NCBI RefSeq assembly: GCF_002571385.2
Contig: NW_019217788.1
Coordinates: 1,492,087-1,556,086 of the forward strand
Reading direction: 5' to 3'
DNA: 64,000 nt
Source: Stylophora pistillata
Lineage: Eukaryota
The translations under genes and the position numbers were made by a program. The first letter of the stretch is position 1; each line of letters begins with the position of its first letter. Below, piece by piece: positions 31,847-45,952 of this stretch. The notes beneath the pieces were generated by a model, which saw nothing but the letters and a program-made list of their open reading frames with translations, was not told where the DNA came from and made no database searches.

Positions 31847-34628
31847 ATCGGAAGTGGCTACAGGAGGTGCAGGTGCAAAACACCCTTATGACGGCCTGCC
31901 ATAGGGTTACCTCAAAAAAAATGAAACGGAGCAGTGATGATGGAACATGTTAAAAAGACCTAATGTCAAAATTGTTGATGATGGTACGCTATCAATTGCA
32001 TAAGCTGAAATGAATATGCAGATGGAGAGCAAGATTGAATTTTAGCATCACTGGGGCCATACTACAAGAATTTGAGGTTTCGATTAACTTTCTTTTTATA
32101 AATGTTTGGTTGTGGTTATGTAGATAAGGAAACGCAATTTAGCTGACTTGGGACTTAATTTATATATCTTAGATACGCACTGAGGTATTGTTATTTAGTG
32201 TAAAACTGAGTTAAAGCTTTCCAATTTGTATATGTTATATCATTAATATCGTAAAACTACTAAAAGTTGAGAACATCGTCGTTTTTTCATCGCATAAATT
32301 ATATTTTAACCCCTCAGTTGCACTACCTTGGAAGGCCAAAATAGGGCTGAACGGTGAACCTAGGCGGCTGGAGAGGGAGTAGGACATTGTTATAGAAAAA
32401 AAACGATCTGGGGTTCCAAGAATTAATCTCCTTTTATTAAGCAGTGATAGAAAATTCTCAGCACGTGCACCTTCCACGTGCGCGATCCCGCATCACATCC
32501 GTCAAACCCTTAAAATATTTGGTAACGTTACCAGAAACATAAAAAGCATGATGTATTCCAGAACCTTGTGACAGTTAAAAGCTTGCGTGTTTTTCCGAGA
32601 AAAGAAAAGAAAAAAGAAAGAAAAATAGTGTCCGTGCAACCTTTTAAAGGATCTCGGGTTCCTATTTTCCGAAAAACCTTTCATTTTCTTTATCCATTTC
32701 GTTTAGAGCATCTCCTATTACCCACACAAAGTGATCCCCGTAGCAGAATTTCTATCCATTCTACAGATTCTCCTTGCGTTTATAGATGTAACAAAATTAT
32801 GACGAATTTTCGGCGGGCTATCATAGTGCTAAACAAATTTTAGTTGAACCTTTCCTGTGAATAAAAATGTAAATCTGGTAGTTGAATTAAAAACGTGTTG
32901 TTACTGCGTAAGTTTATTTAAGTCTCCCATTACTTCTTTATTTGTTTACCTGATGCAGAAGCTATTTCGGTCTACATAAATCTTAATGCTTTTTTTCTAT
33001 AATGGTTCGATTTGTCTTTCTCTTACAAAATTGGAATCTTCCCTTCATTATCCAGACCCCGCCTGGCCTCATTATTACAACAGGGGTGAGGACGATTCGT
33101 TCGCAGATTATTATTGTTCTCGTGGGGCACACGACGTTCACATCGCCGTTGGAATTTCTAACGTCAGTCACACCTTATTTACAACCCTTATGAAAGATAA
33201 AGCCCAGTCTCCCAGACAAACCGCAGTCGGTATCTTTTAGTCGTGTACATCCGGTTGAATGAAGTGGTTTCCGCAGCCGAAAAACTATAAAAATGTTCAT
33301 GGGCAATGATTGTAGCCAGGAGCTCTTGCTGAAGCTTATGACGAAAAATGGAAACGAAAGAGATCCTATTTCCGCTCACACTGCAGGATACCTTCCCGTT
33401 CTTACGTAATGATATGATCACCCTGCCTCTCATCACGTGAAAGCACCATGATTGACCCAGAGGTCCAATCGGCTTAATGTAAATGTGAAACTGTTTTTCC
33501 GGCCGGGTTAGCTTTCTCATTAAGAACTCGGCATGAGCACAATACTTAGTGACAAGGAAACCACTGGATTTCAAAATTAAAATTAGAGGAAGCTTTGGAA
33601 AATTTATGACCGGCTATTGAACTTTACCTGATCGGATCACCGTCCACCCTCCACTCAATGCGATTTTTCGTTGGATCCTATTTCTCCAAAAATATTATTT
33701 TTGTCAACAGAGCGAATCATCCGAGCAAATCAGTTTTTTTTTTTTACCTTGTTCCGTTTGACCTTAAAAATCCTCGTGATTGTAAAGAAAATGAATAGCG
33801 GAAAACCAGCACTTGTGGTTTTCGGAAACTCGTCTCTAGAAACTACGGAATTCCCAAAGGATTATAATTACAGGACAAAATAACAAGGCCTTCCCTGTTC
33901 TACACGGCATGTTGTACATGTTAATTTGAAATGCACCTCTTAAATCATGCACTTGACGTTAACACTCATCGTGGGATCTCTGATTTACGGGAACCCGTAT
34001 TAATTGTTCTACTGGAAACTGAAAATTTTTCTAGCCTCTAGCCTTATTCTGTGGAGTCGAGATTTTAACGTTGTAAATACAGTAAAAGAACTAAGAAGTC
34101 CATCATTGTCCGTTGTCGAGAGCTCTTTGATCTTCAAGTAAATATAGAATAATCTTTGTAATTTCGCCTCGGTGATGTAAATAACTTAAAAGCCAATAAG
34201 CTAAAGGAGATAATAATTGCAAGTTCAAAAATCATGGCGTGTAGATGTCTCGGGCGAAAATATTCAAAGTAATTTCGAAAAAACACTCTGCGAGAGAATT
34301 GTTAAACGGGCTTTCGATATCACAAAAGTTTAGCACATGCACTTCAGACTTGCATGTAGATTAACGCTACCCTAGGATCCGCAACACAATTGGTTGAGAT
34401 CTGACGTTGCTCTGACAGCTGTCAAACTTTTGATCAGAGAACAATCATATTGTGACGAATGTTTCCAAATTTAAACGATGAAATTGGAAACGGCTTTCCT
34501 CGCTGGAAGATAAATGTCACATCTAGGTATGCCGGCTTTGTAGTTGCTCCCTTGTAAGTTCAAAGTTAAAGATCGCACGAGAACGGCTTTCATCTTCCAT
34601 TTTGAGAGTAAAGTGGGAAATATCTAAA

Positions 34629-37600
34629 ATGGTGTGGATTTGCGGACGAAGTAAACCGAGCGAAAAGCTTGTACACAAGGAGGAGAGAACTTCACTGAAA
34701 CAAAAGATCTGTTATGGAGTAGGACATGTATTCAACGATCTTTGCATTCAAGCATGGTTTACCTATCTTATCATCTTTTTTAACAAAATCGTTAAAATCT
34801 CCGCAAAGGGAACCGGTCTGATTTTCCTCGCGTCTCAAATCGCGGATGCGATTTCCACGCCATTCATCGGTTATGGCTGCGACAAAAGCCTCTCAAAGAC
34901 TATCACCAAGAAATTCGGCAATAGAAAGATCTGGCACTTAATGGGCAGTGTTGGAATCGCGTTGATCTGGCCATTTGTGTTCAGCCCGTGTTTAGCTTGC
35001 AACGAAGATAGCCCTGACTGGGTTCCAGTGGCATACTATGGAGCTTTCGCAGCTTTGTTCAGCGTTTGTTGGCCAATGGTGGAAATAAGTCATTTATCAC
35101 TTATGCCTCATGTTGCCAAACGGCCGAAAGATGCGGTGGAATTGAGCGCTATTAGGTATGTAAATCTGCAGTTCTTTCTAGGTCTAAAAAATTGCTCGCA
35201 AAAACAGCAGGATTCCTAGGATATCCGTCGTTGGTGGTGTTACATGATGCGATATTGCTTGTCTGGCTTGTTTCCAAGCGTCATTGTGACTCGGGTCGGT
35301 AACACGAAAAATATTTTTTTCACCAACGCTGTTTCCAAGTTTTGAAAACAAACAGCGTTGCCGTCATTTCAAAGTTCCTTGAGGAAATCTCAAAGCCCAA
35401 GAAAGAAATGTATACTAAGCAATTCGTTCTCTTAATTCCTTGATTTTAGTCGCGTGGCGATTCAAAAATAATTTTTTCGTTATTGCATCATCCACTGCGG
35501 TGGGTTTTCCTTTAGCTCGGCAACTGATCAGGAGAAGGAAACAATAAAATCAGGTGATCGATGTCTTGTGACTTCCGATAAATTTAAATTTGAAAGCAAA
35601 CGAAAACTTGTTTTCAGCGTGACCGAAAATGCATTTTATACACAGACGTTTGAATTTGTTTCGATTTCCTGCGAAATATTTTGAACTTGTTGTTTTCACC
35701 CGAAGTACCTTGAACTTGAAGCCAATATTCATGATGTAACCTTTGAAACAGACAAACAATTTTCAGTACATTGGGCAGCCAATTAGAATACAATTCCGCT
35801 TTAAACTGGTCGGTAATGCTAAAAGATTTTATTTGCATATTCAAATCCTGTAAAAATTTCTTTCAAGGAAAACAATTCACTTAGCGTTCTTGTTGTTCGT
35901 GCGCGAGGCTGAAGTTTCGTTCATTAAAAATGCATTGAAAGCGGGTTTCAAGCAAACATGTTTACTTTGGCCTAAGCAGAAAATGAACCCATCTTTCGTA
36001 CTCAAAATTCTATCCAAAGGTTTACATTTTTTAAGATGCAGTACAGCGTCTTGCAAACCTTCATTGACGCTTCCGTGCAGTCTGCAGGGAGATGAGTGAA
36101 ACGCGTTCAAATCGGAAGAACGACAGGATCATGAAATGTGATCTCCATTTCCTTTTTTTTTTTTTTTTTTGCGTCATTTGATTTATTCATCTTTACAGTT
36201 TGTAGTGAGAATGATTTCGTGTTGTACCAGAATAAAACATACTCCTTACTGAGAGGAGGGTGGAATCTGGCCTTTTTAAAGAAGATGAAAGGTGTCAGAA
36301 CAAGCCAGATTATATTTCGGTTGTAATTTTATGCGAGTTGCGGGAATATTGCATGAACTATATCTATCTCGGTGCACTGCATCAGCCCTTTGAATCATCA
36401 ATCCACTGAATTTGCATAATCACTGCGCGCTAGAGGTAATATACTTGACACCCAAGAGACAATTTGCCGTCGTCGATAAGCGAATGGTCAGAAAGTGTCC
36501 TGACAACTGTGAGCGTTTGATAATAATTCTTTAGATTTCCCTGCAGCTCATTAACAGATGTGAGTTTCTTTCTCGTAAGCGAAATTGTGATCCTTTTATT
36601 TCAGCGATAAGGTTGAACAAAGCTTTGTGCTTGATATTCAAAAGATAGAAAGCCAAACTGTTTTCATTTTCAAAAAAAATCGAAAATTAAGGACTAGTAT
36701 AGTTTAATTTAATTGAATCGCTAGATGCTCACAGGTTAATGTGTTAATCCAACCAACAGTGGGGCTCTTTAGACCCATCCTTAGCTGTGCCGGTATAGAA
36801 TTATCCACCTCAAAATGAAACGATCAACATGATTTCCCCCATTTTTTCAGTGAAACCTTTGTTTTAAGTCATGTGAGCCTTCAAGCGGCATGAATATGTC
36901 ACCCCAATATAGTTTCAGGCAAACAATTTTTCGCCGGGGGGCTCTTTGTGTAATTTGCCATGACGTGATATCCGAAATTTCCAGCAATCAACACGGCTAC
37001 ATGCCGCCTTGTGATATATATGGAATATTTCGTTTCAATTGTTAGATTACACCTTTGCAGTGTCATGGATAATGAAAAGTAACTTCATTTACGGTATAGA
37101 CAATCAATATATTTGTCCAAACAGAAATAGAAAATTCATTGAATTGCATAATCGCGATATATTTTAAATTGTGCCTTTTTAAATAAAAAAATTGAGCGCT
37201 TCTTTAACCCGGTCTTAACCTCAAAAAGGAATCATCCATAATATCCTAATACATAAGAATATTTCTCTATTTTTGCTGATCAGCCTTAGATACATTGATG
37301 CGATTTACTTCAAAATCGTGGGTTGCAAACCCTTCTTGGGGGTGTTCTACACGTATTTCGGAATTTGCAGTATGACGCCATTTCCGGACAGTTCATTTTC
37401 CAAGGGTTTTTACCCTTTTTATGTATATGAATATCTTAAGTAATAAAGAGGGGCTTTCAAAGAAAACTTGTCAATTTTCCAGTCTATTTTGTGTATACAT
37501 GTTCTCGGGTATGCTAAGAGTTGCCTCTTCTTCTGGGCCGTGTCTGATTAATCCATTGATGCACAGGCGTGATAAATAAGGAACCCTTTTTCCAACTACA

Positions 37601-40600
37601 CTCAATGAAAAATTACAAACTTATCTGCAAGAGAGGGATTTTTGCTGTTCTGAAGCACCAAATTCTTCTAAGTTAGTTTCAAGGAAACATATATGCCCTG
37701 TGGAAACGAAAATGAGGAGAGAGATCGTAGAGGTTCTATAAAGGATTGAATTGCGGTTGTTTTCCCAACGTGAGAGAAAGAAGTTCGACGGAAGTACTTC
37801 ACGGTAACCTTTTGAACTCTATAAGCCTAAAAGCATTTTTACCCATCGGAGGATCACAAAAGTCAGTGCGATTCGTGACTACAGCTGCATTGCGTATTTG
37901 CTTCCCCTGCGCTTACTGCACATTTTAAAGCGAGATTAACAATTTAAAACAGATGATATGAAAATGCGTAATTAAATCAGTGCCACTCGAAGGTGTTTGA
38001 ATGCGATAAAATCTCTAGAGAAAAAAACCAATGAATACACGTGGTGATAGAATTTAAAAGATTGCTTTTAATATGTGGTATGATTTCTGAGGAAATCCGG
38101 TGACTGCATACTCTTTGTGACAAAAACCTGACACACGGTAGTGGAGACACGTGTGCGTGTTGGAAACATGGTTCAGTAAAATCACTTTGTTTACCTTGTC
38201 ATACACATTTCATAGGTCCTCATTTGCAGAATACACCAGAAATCCATTTTTTTTATTTGCGTAACATCAGTAAGCTACCACCCTAGTAGTTTTCGTCAGG
38301 TGATATTTCCGAAAGCTATCTGTTCATTCTGTACGTTTTGTGATGCACGAAACACTGAATTCTTCAAATTAAATTCAATACTGTTCCATTCATTTGTTGA
38401 TACGTTTTTTCAGTTGCGGGTATCTTTAAACGTACAGGATATTGTGCAGTTACTGAATAAAAGATAAAAATGCATTCAAATTTTCTTCGTTCTCATGTTT
38501 TGGTTTTCGTAGCTCAGTTGGAGATTACATCTAGTTGGTATGGTTTCAGTCGATCTCCGTTGCATCATTTACCCATTTAAACCCATGAGTGACCAAGACA
38601 GAATTTTTGCTTATGATATCAAGCAGATCAGTGACAGAAATAAACGAGAAAATCGATTAGTAGATTGATCGAACACCAAAGTCTCAGAACTGATTTCTTA
38701 ACAATTGTATGGCAGAAATCAAGGAGAATTACTAATGAGATATTTGAGGTGAAAGGGTTCAGTGTTCTTTTTAAAGACTCTTCTTTCACCAATTTTAAAC
38801 AGCCGACGGCTCGCTAGTGGCGATCTGTTGGTCGCTTTGTCATTCATACAGTGAGCTTCGTTGGCTGTAATAGATTGGATATGGTTTTGGCTTTCGGAAA
38901 TCTCGGAAATTCCAGTGAAATTAATTATAGGCTAACACTCTTTGTGTTAACTCCAGCTGGGCACAAACATAACAAATTGTGTCCCGGCTAAAATTACATA
39001 CCTGAGAGAAAATTAATATATCTGGTTAGGAATAGTTATTATTATTTTATAGGTACTTGCTGGCTAAAACATGTTTTTTCCTTGATATCTCAGTGTTAGA
39101 CCTTCCCAGTTGAATATCAAAACAACATTCTGTACTTTCGGGCATTTACCAACATTAGTTCAGGCCCTGGTTAATTTGAAGGGTGAATGGTATAACGATA
39201 TCCACCGAATTAATTTGCATCCAGTTGATAATGCAGGACCCTTTGTCGGCACTTATCCGTTAGGGAGCGGTTTATCGGTTGAAATAGCGTCATTAGCCCT
39301 TCGATCAACTTTGTGTTGAGTCTTCTTTAAAATAAAAACATTCCATTTCATCAAGTTTTTTCGAGAATTACTAGTCTGGTTGTTTTGTGTGTGTGCTATC
39401 AGCGACAGTATTTTTGTCGTCGTTTTCGGTGCCATTTTTAATTTTGTGTCATGGTTGTAGTAGGTTTTTTTTTTTTTTTAGAGAAACGGGCAGACTTGAG
39501 AAATAAAAAAAGCATTGTAAATTTGAAAGAAAGGACGGCGATTGTCATACTCTAGATGGAGGGGTGGGGGAAGGCGCAAGCTGCCGGGAAATTTAGACTA
39601 GGGTTGGGCCGCCAATGCCTTATAAACCTGTCAAAGAAAAAACGCTATTATAGAGTATGACTTATTCAGCACATTCTGACTGAATATTTCGAATAGGTTT
39701 TAAAAAGATGATTATTATTGCTCATGCAGACTGCGCATCGCCAACGCTAATACCTTTTGAAGGCCTTCAGTCTAAAGAAAGATACCTGTTCGAGAGCCCT
39801 GATAACAGGTTGTGTTCCCTGTTATACACTCAAGGCTCGGAGAACCATACCCTGTTTGGCGGCACAAATCATAAACGAAACAAAGGAGTGCCTCACCCCT
39901 CCCCACACCTCCCTCCCCCCTTCCCCTTATCCCTCTCTCAAGGTGAATATCTCGTTATCACGGCGTATCTTTACAATTGCTGCTCTTTTATTTACTTATG
40001 ATGTCACTTAAGACGGACGAATTTCGCACAATTAGTTGTTTATAAGTCAACTCATTCTCAAATTATGAAGGAAGAGCCTGGGAACGAAATTGCGGTGGAC
40101 TTTCAGGAGCGGCTTGATTGACGTTAATATTTTTCCTTTGTTTTTATTTTTCAGATCAGCACTCAAGCTAGGGTGCGGCGTTTTTGTATTTGTAGTTACT
40201 TGGATCCTTCTTGGACAAAATAGTGAAGAAACTGTGAACGAATCTGCAAAGAGACAGTTTACGGTAAGATTCAAAATTGAATTTCATTAAATCAAATGTC
40301 CAATGTGGTTTCCACTTCCACAGAACAAACACAGAACCTTAAAATGAAAATGTTCTTGTTTTTTTTTTTTGTTTTCTTGTTTTTTACTCGCTTTTGTTTC
40401 GTTTTCAGTATCAATCCATAATCGTCATGATTACCGGAAGCTTTTTCGCCTTTATTTTCCATTGGGGAGTGGAGGACGTCGATAACGCTACAGGTACTTC
40501 CGGTTCTCTTTCACATCGACTTCCGTTAACCTTACCTCCAGCTATCAAATGTTACGACTTAAAGTTCTTTTTGTTCTTTCGGACTACCACGTTTTAAGGC

Positions 40601-43600
40601 TGCAATCTGTTTGTGTTTGTTAGACATGTTTGTAACTTTAAGTTACTTCCCACCTTCGATGGTGCCCTTCGGGAAAAAATTCGTACGCGCGCTAGTTTCA
40701 AGAAAACCTTAACAAACTATACATCGAAAGAAAGCTTAATAAATGCTATTTACGATAAAAATGTAAGGCGATTTTTTCATTAAGGGAATGTCAGGAGCCG
40801 GTAAGGCGTGAAACGACCGAGGGTCCTTCTATTGAATTTATCAGGTATCGGATCCCGCACCACGAGCAAGATGGCTGCACAGTCTTATTCACTAGGCATC
40901 AATCAACAAAAGTGTGTGAGACATTTCCGATATTCTGATTGGTCTTCTACATATCCCCATCTAGAATTAGAGTAGCGTAAAATGTAACACTACGTAAATG
41001 AACACTCGGTAAATGAACACTACGTAAAAAAGTATTTCAAATATCAAAATTTCCTGACATTTTTCTAGTTTGTCATTATCCCTGGAATGTTTTGGCGAAA
41101 TTTCACGGAAATCGGTCAAATCTACATACCCTAGAAAGTCGCTTAAAGTGGATGTGTTCCTCTCAAAATCAAATGCGAGGTTTTGGCTCCTAAAGGTTTT
41201 TAAACAACTAGCGCCACACCAAGAGATTCTCTCGCCTCCTGAAACCGCGAACCAATGGGAAGACGGGACCTACTGGTGTCAATGACAATGATGGATCGAG
41301 TTTTTTCCGGGAAAAGTATCGCATAGCACTCATGTTTTTTATCTCGCTCTGTTGAACGTTGATTCATGGGAAAAATTGGCGAAGGAAAAACCTGCGGCAA
41401 AAAAGGTAAAGCTGGAGAAACTGCTGAAAAGCAAAACAGCGAAACGACAGACAGCTTAAGTAATACCCTTATCGCTGAAATGACTTCCCTCGGTTAGGTT
41501 TATTCATGATTTCATACGATTCGAGGCGATTGCCTATGTTTTGTAGCAAGGCCGGTACTTGCTTATTAAAGGAATCTTCGTTTTTAACCTCATGTACGAC
41601 AAATGTAGATTTGATGACGACTTCTTTGTTCGCAGTTTGGGTGCCAGAGTGGAGAGGAGTTCCAAGACTGTGTTTTTTTTTCCTGACAAAATGGTGCCAT
41701 TTCTCTCTTCTTTGAGCCTGTTTTTTTCTTTTTCTTTGCCCTGGGTCTCCTCTCTGATTTTGATTTCTGTTTTTTATCGATGGGAAAAGACTTAACGCTA
41801 GCAAAGAACTTCTTCGTGTGAATTTGATTAACTGCGCGATGTAAACAAAAATTAGAAATAACACGAAATTGCTGCAAATATCCCCTAAGGGATTTGCCCA
41901 TTTACGTGATTTTGACACCTTCCTGATTTATTAACTTTTATTTGAAAATGCGTTTTCCTAACTAAGTCGGGCGCTTTCTGAGATTTTAAAATTTTTATTT
42001 TTGTAAACGTTAGTTAAAATGTCTAACTTTAATCTAGTCCAATAAAAGAAAAAACGACTTTTTTCGGCCTCTGAAGGTTGGAAGTAACCTTAATGTGGTG
42101 AGCACTATTCGTTGTTCTTCCAAATAAGGAAATTTATCCTAAGTGTGACCTCTCGTTTCAGTGGAAGCTAAAGAAAATGAAAAACATTCGCAAACATCTT
42201 CAGCCAACGTCCCAATATGTGAGGACTTGGAAAAAAAAGCCCTCGAGATCGAGCTTCATAAGCAGGAAGAACAGGAACAGAACCAGAATGACGAAAAGAA
42301 AAACTGGATGAAATGGCTTAAAAATCCTGACTTTTATAAGGTATGAACGTTTTACTTAACCCTGTATGTAGTTATGGTTTTGAAAATCAACGCAAAGATA
42401 GTCTCCATGAATGGAAATCGGGGCATTTTCAGCGGTTAACAAACCCGAAGACAAGTTAAGACGAAGCGTTGGGTAATGAAAACGCTTTTGACAGAAAATG
42501 GACTCGGAGCTTGTTTTCTGATTGAAGAAGTTGTTGGAAGGAACATCACTCAGGGCGTTTTCCTTGTTGATGTTCCCAAGGAGAGTTTGTGCTGTTAGGT
42601 TATCGACACTTGGAGCTGCATATGTGACGTGAGATTCATGGCCGGGGTGAAGGCCATTCGTTTTCTGAGACTAAGACCCTTGTTTGTTTTAGTCTCGCCG
42701 ACACCAAGGTTTACTTATCAAGTAAATATATCTTATTAACCAAGCGCGAGGGCCGTACTGGGAGAATATCGGCCCGAGGTCTTGACAGTACGGACCGAGC
42801 GCAGCGAGGTCCGTACAAAAAAGACCGAGGGCCGATATTCTTCCCGTACGGTCCCGAGCAAGCTTGGTTAATAAGAGATTTATGATACGACTGAAGTTCA
42901 AAGGGACACAAGAGCGGTGTCATTCGGGACAGTGCCCGGTCCAATACTGAGAGAATATTGGACCGGCAATACAGCATTTTGATTGGTTGATTTTAGTTTT
43001 TGGCCCTCTGACTGCCCGAGTCGTGTAATAAGTTTTCTTATCCTTTGCAGATTGTTATAATATACATGACGACACAGAATGTGGTTAATTTGAATCAGTC
43101 GTACTTTCCCATGTATCTAACGGAAACTCTTCACTTCCGGAAGGTAAAATAATCATGAGATCTGAAACTGTGACTGGAAAAAAAGGAAAAAGTCAGTCAG
43201 CACTTGTCAGGCTGTTCGAAATTATTGTAATACTAGCTTATTAAGCGTTGTGTACGGTGAGACTAAAGCAATCTGTTGGATTTTCCAACCATTTACCTTA
43301 ATCCTTTAATTCCTAGAAGTGATTAACATGTAACTTCTCCTTATAATATCAATACATGATCCAGCATAAAGGTAGTGAGAATACTCAAACTAATCAGGTA
43401 GAAGAGAAGGGATGTGGGAGGGGGTCAATAATCGACCGACACTCCCGCAGTACTCTTCGCGGCTTGCTTCACGCTACAGAACGCGGTATAAGATCCAGTG
43501 ATATAGGTCATTCAACCCGAGTGCAAGACTTGAACTTTAGTGGCAAAGTTAACTTTTTTGTCTTTTATTCTCAACAGGAAGCCATTGCATATTTTCCATT

Positions 43601-45952
43601 AATGATCCTGATTAGTGGAATTCTCATGAGCACAGTGATGAAGAGATTAAACAGGAGCTTCTCAAACAGGGTAAGTTGACGATTGAGATTATCTTCGCTC
43701 ATCTTTATTGGTTGGTGTTATTACTTTTGGGAGAATACGATCATCCATCTCCTGTTGTGATCTTTGAGCTCGGGTCACAAGAGTTTCTGCTTCCTTACCA
43801 TCTAGGTAAACATTCGACGAAATATCTTCGGTGAGAATTCAAGCCGACTGCCAACGAAATCTCGTCAGGAAAGATTTAGTGAACTCTCAGCGGAAGTGCG
43901 TCTCTTCTCAAAGGAAGCAACAGAAGAAACCTGTTTCACCCCGTAGAACGTTAATATAGGAGCCCTGGAAACTCCTAGCCACGCCCTTAGTTTTCAGTTA
44001 TTTCTTGCTAACTCGCTTTACCAACCCCACCCCCCCCTCCCTTGTTCTTGTTAGACGCCAGTGAATGAATGTCACTAGTACAGAACGTAGGATCTTACAT
44101 CCACTCGCATGTATGTACAGACAAGTAACACTGCTTAATCATGGTTGCCCCTCAGGTTTTGTTTTGTGTTGGTGCGGTCATTGTTATTGGCTGTGCCACT
44201 TGGTTCTACTTCACACCTCAGTCAAAGAGACAAATGATCTACGCACCCACAATCATCATGGGCTGTGGAAACTCTATGATGCTTGTGACTTCATTAGCCA
44301 TGGTAGCAGAGATCATTGGTGACGATAAAGTAAGTGTGTGATCTGCCATTTCTTTTCACTTCCCTGTTTGTACACATGGCACTACACCTCCCCTCGGATC
44401 TCTCAGCTTCAGAAACGTGGAATAGTTCCCGTGGGAATTTCCGTTGGTTTTGCACAGAGTAGCCAGGTCTCGACGGAGTAAACCCTATGGATGCCTGACT
44501 CCATCTGCGCATGCTTTATGTGTTATCGCATTCTGGGATAAGAAAAAAGCCTTTTAAAGCCAATCTGGTGAATTTTCCTCTTGATATCGGGATGTTTCGC
44601 CCAACTTCGCTTCCACCGCAACTAGGTGCCCTATCAAAGTTTACAATTTCGCTTCCACCCTGACCAAATCGCCCACAAAGCTGTTGTATTTAATCGGAGC
44701 GTCTTTGGTTCGATTTAGTATGGAGAGAAAAGTACCTAAACCTTCACTGCTGTGTTCAGAAGGGGACTGGGTGTGAGCCTTCGTATTCATTCCAACTTAA
44801 GAGGAGCACACATAGTTCTTCCATGGTGTGCTGTGGTACGTGTTTTTCTGACATACCCTTTCTTTCGTCTACAGAAATCTAGTGGTTTTGTGTATGGTGT
44901 GTGTGCTCTAATGGATAAAGCATCGCTTGGTTTTATAGTTCTCGCCCTGCAAGAAAATTATCCCGAGACAGAAGGGTGAGTTGATTTGGTGACCCTTATA
45001 GATCTGATTCCTTAAACTTCCTTCGAGCAGCTATATATTCCCTCGAAAACTGTTGAAGAGAATTTGGTGTGTTATCAAGATAACCTCCTGTAAGAAACAC
45101 TTGACTCGTTACATTTTTATTCATGGTGCATATTTTAACACAGTTTCTGATATTATCCAGGGCATGTGGCGAGCCTTGTGCCCAGTACCTCAGAGGCGCC
45201 TTCTCGGTATTCCCTGGGATTGAAGCGCTGCTTGCTTTCCTGATTGTGGCTCTTTTGTACCGTAAACCTGCCACAGACACTAAACGACGAATGACAAGTA
45301 AGTATAGGGAATAAATGTCCTTTTAACAGTTAGCTGCTGCGCATCTTAAAGGGTGTTCGATGAATGAGACGAGGAGAGAGGCTCTCATATAACGTAAGAT
45401 AGATCGTCAAGGAGCAGTTTTTGGGACATGTTCTGTCATTTAGGGGTGTCATAGTGTATTATAATGACGAGTTATGGTTAGCGTAACCATGAGGGGTGTA
45501 ACATTTTAGTTCTCTCTTAGGCCACACCCTTGACCACAGTCAGCACCTTTAAGGTTCCACGGCATACCAACTGATTGTTTGGATTTAACCCTTCACAACC
45601 TAACATCAGTATGCATATTCTCCATACTGTTCTCTATACATTTCTTAAGGTGCCGACAAGGAGAATTTGTTTAACAATCAAGAGCTTCCACAGTTGGTGA
45701 TCGTTCCCTTTATTCACCTGACCTTAATGTGTGATTCACGGGTGATATTGTAAGGAGAAATTAGATGTTAATCACTCTAAGGAGTCAAAGAGTTAAGAAT
45801 ACACAATTCCCCTTCATAGAGCTATATTTCAAAATTTCGTTTTATAGGTTTCTAATCTTTTTTTTTTTTTTTTTTCAGTCTTAGCTAAAGACTTCTACAC
45901 GGATGATATCGACCTAGAACAATTGCCTTATCTAAAAGCCACTGAAGTATAA
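34629..45952 (+). CDS. MFSD12: MFSD12-like MFS transporter, paralog B (~523 aa, 10 coding exons)
   Basis: Exons 34629-35155, 40155-40263, 40409-40493, 42162-42340, 43051-43143, 43578-43670, 44156-44329, 44875-44975, 45161-45297, 45879-45952 (1572 nt). Intron phases are the same as paralog A and the 109/93/93/174-nt exon lengths are identical. Motifs YGVGHVFNDLCIQAWFTY, FGNRKIWHLMGS, SGFVYGVCALMDK. Confidence 0.9.
40641..42089. mobile_element. ~1.45-kb non-autonomous TIR element (Kolobok-like) in MFSD12-B intron 3
   Basis: Left AGTTACTTCCCACCTTC and right GAAGGTTGGAAGTAACC, with TTTA/TTAA flanks. No intact ORF recognised. Confidence 0.6.
42728..43031 (+). mobile_element. ICR-type non-autonomous element (separate, GC-rich family)
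   Basis: Left ATATCTTATTAACCAAGC; near-perfect foldback around GGACCGAGCGCAGCGAGGTCC; internal GCTTGGTTAATAAGAGAT-TTATGATACGACT (42862-42892); right AGTCGTGTAATAA. Confidence 0.8.
45589..45792 (+). mobile_element. piggyBac-like MITE, best preserved copy
   Basis: TTAA (45585-88)-CCCTTC...AAAGAG-TTAA (45793-96). Confidence 0.8.

Noticed and set aside
32983-33574. Overlapping short ORFs between the MFS genes
   Set aside because: No recognisable domain or convincing exon structure.
41469-41918. 149-aa minus-strand ORF as a transposase
   Set aside because: Low complexity, no catalytic or DNA-binding motif recognised; lies inside a non-autonomous element.
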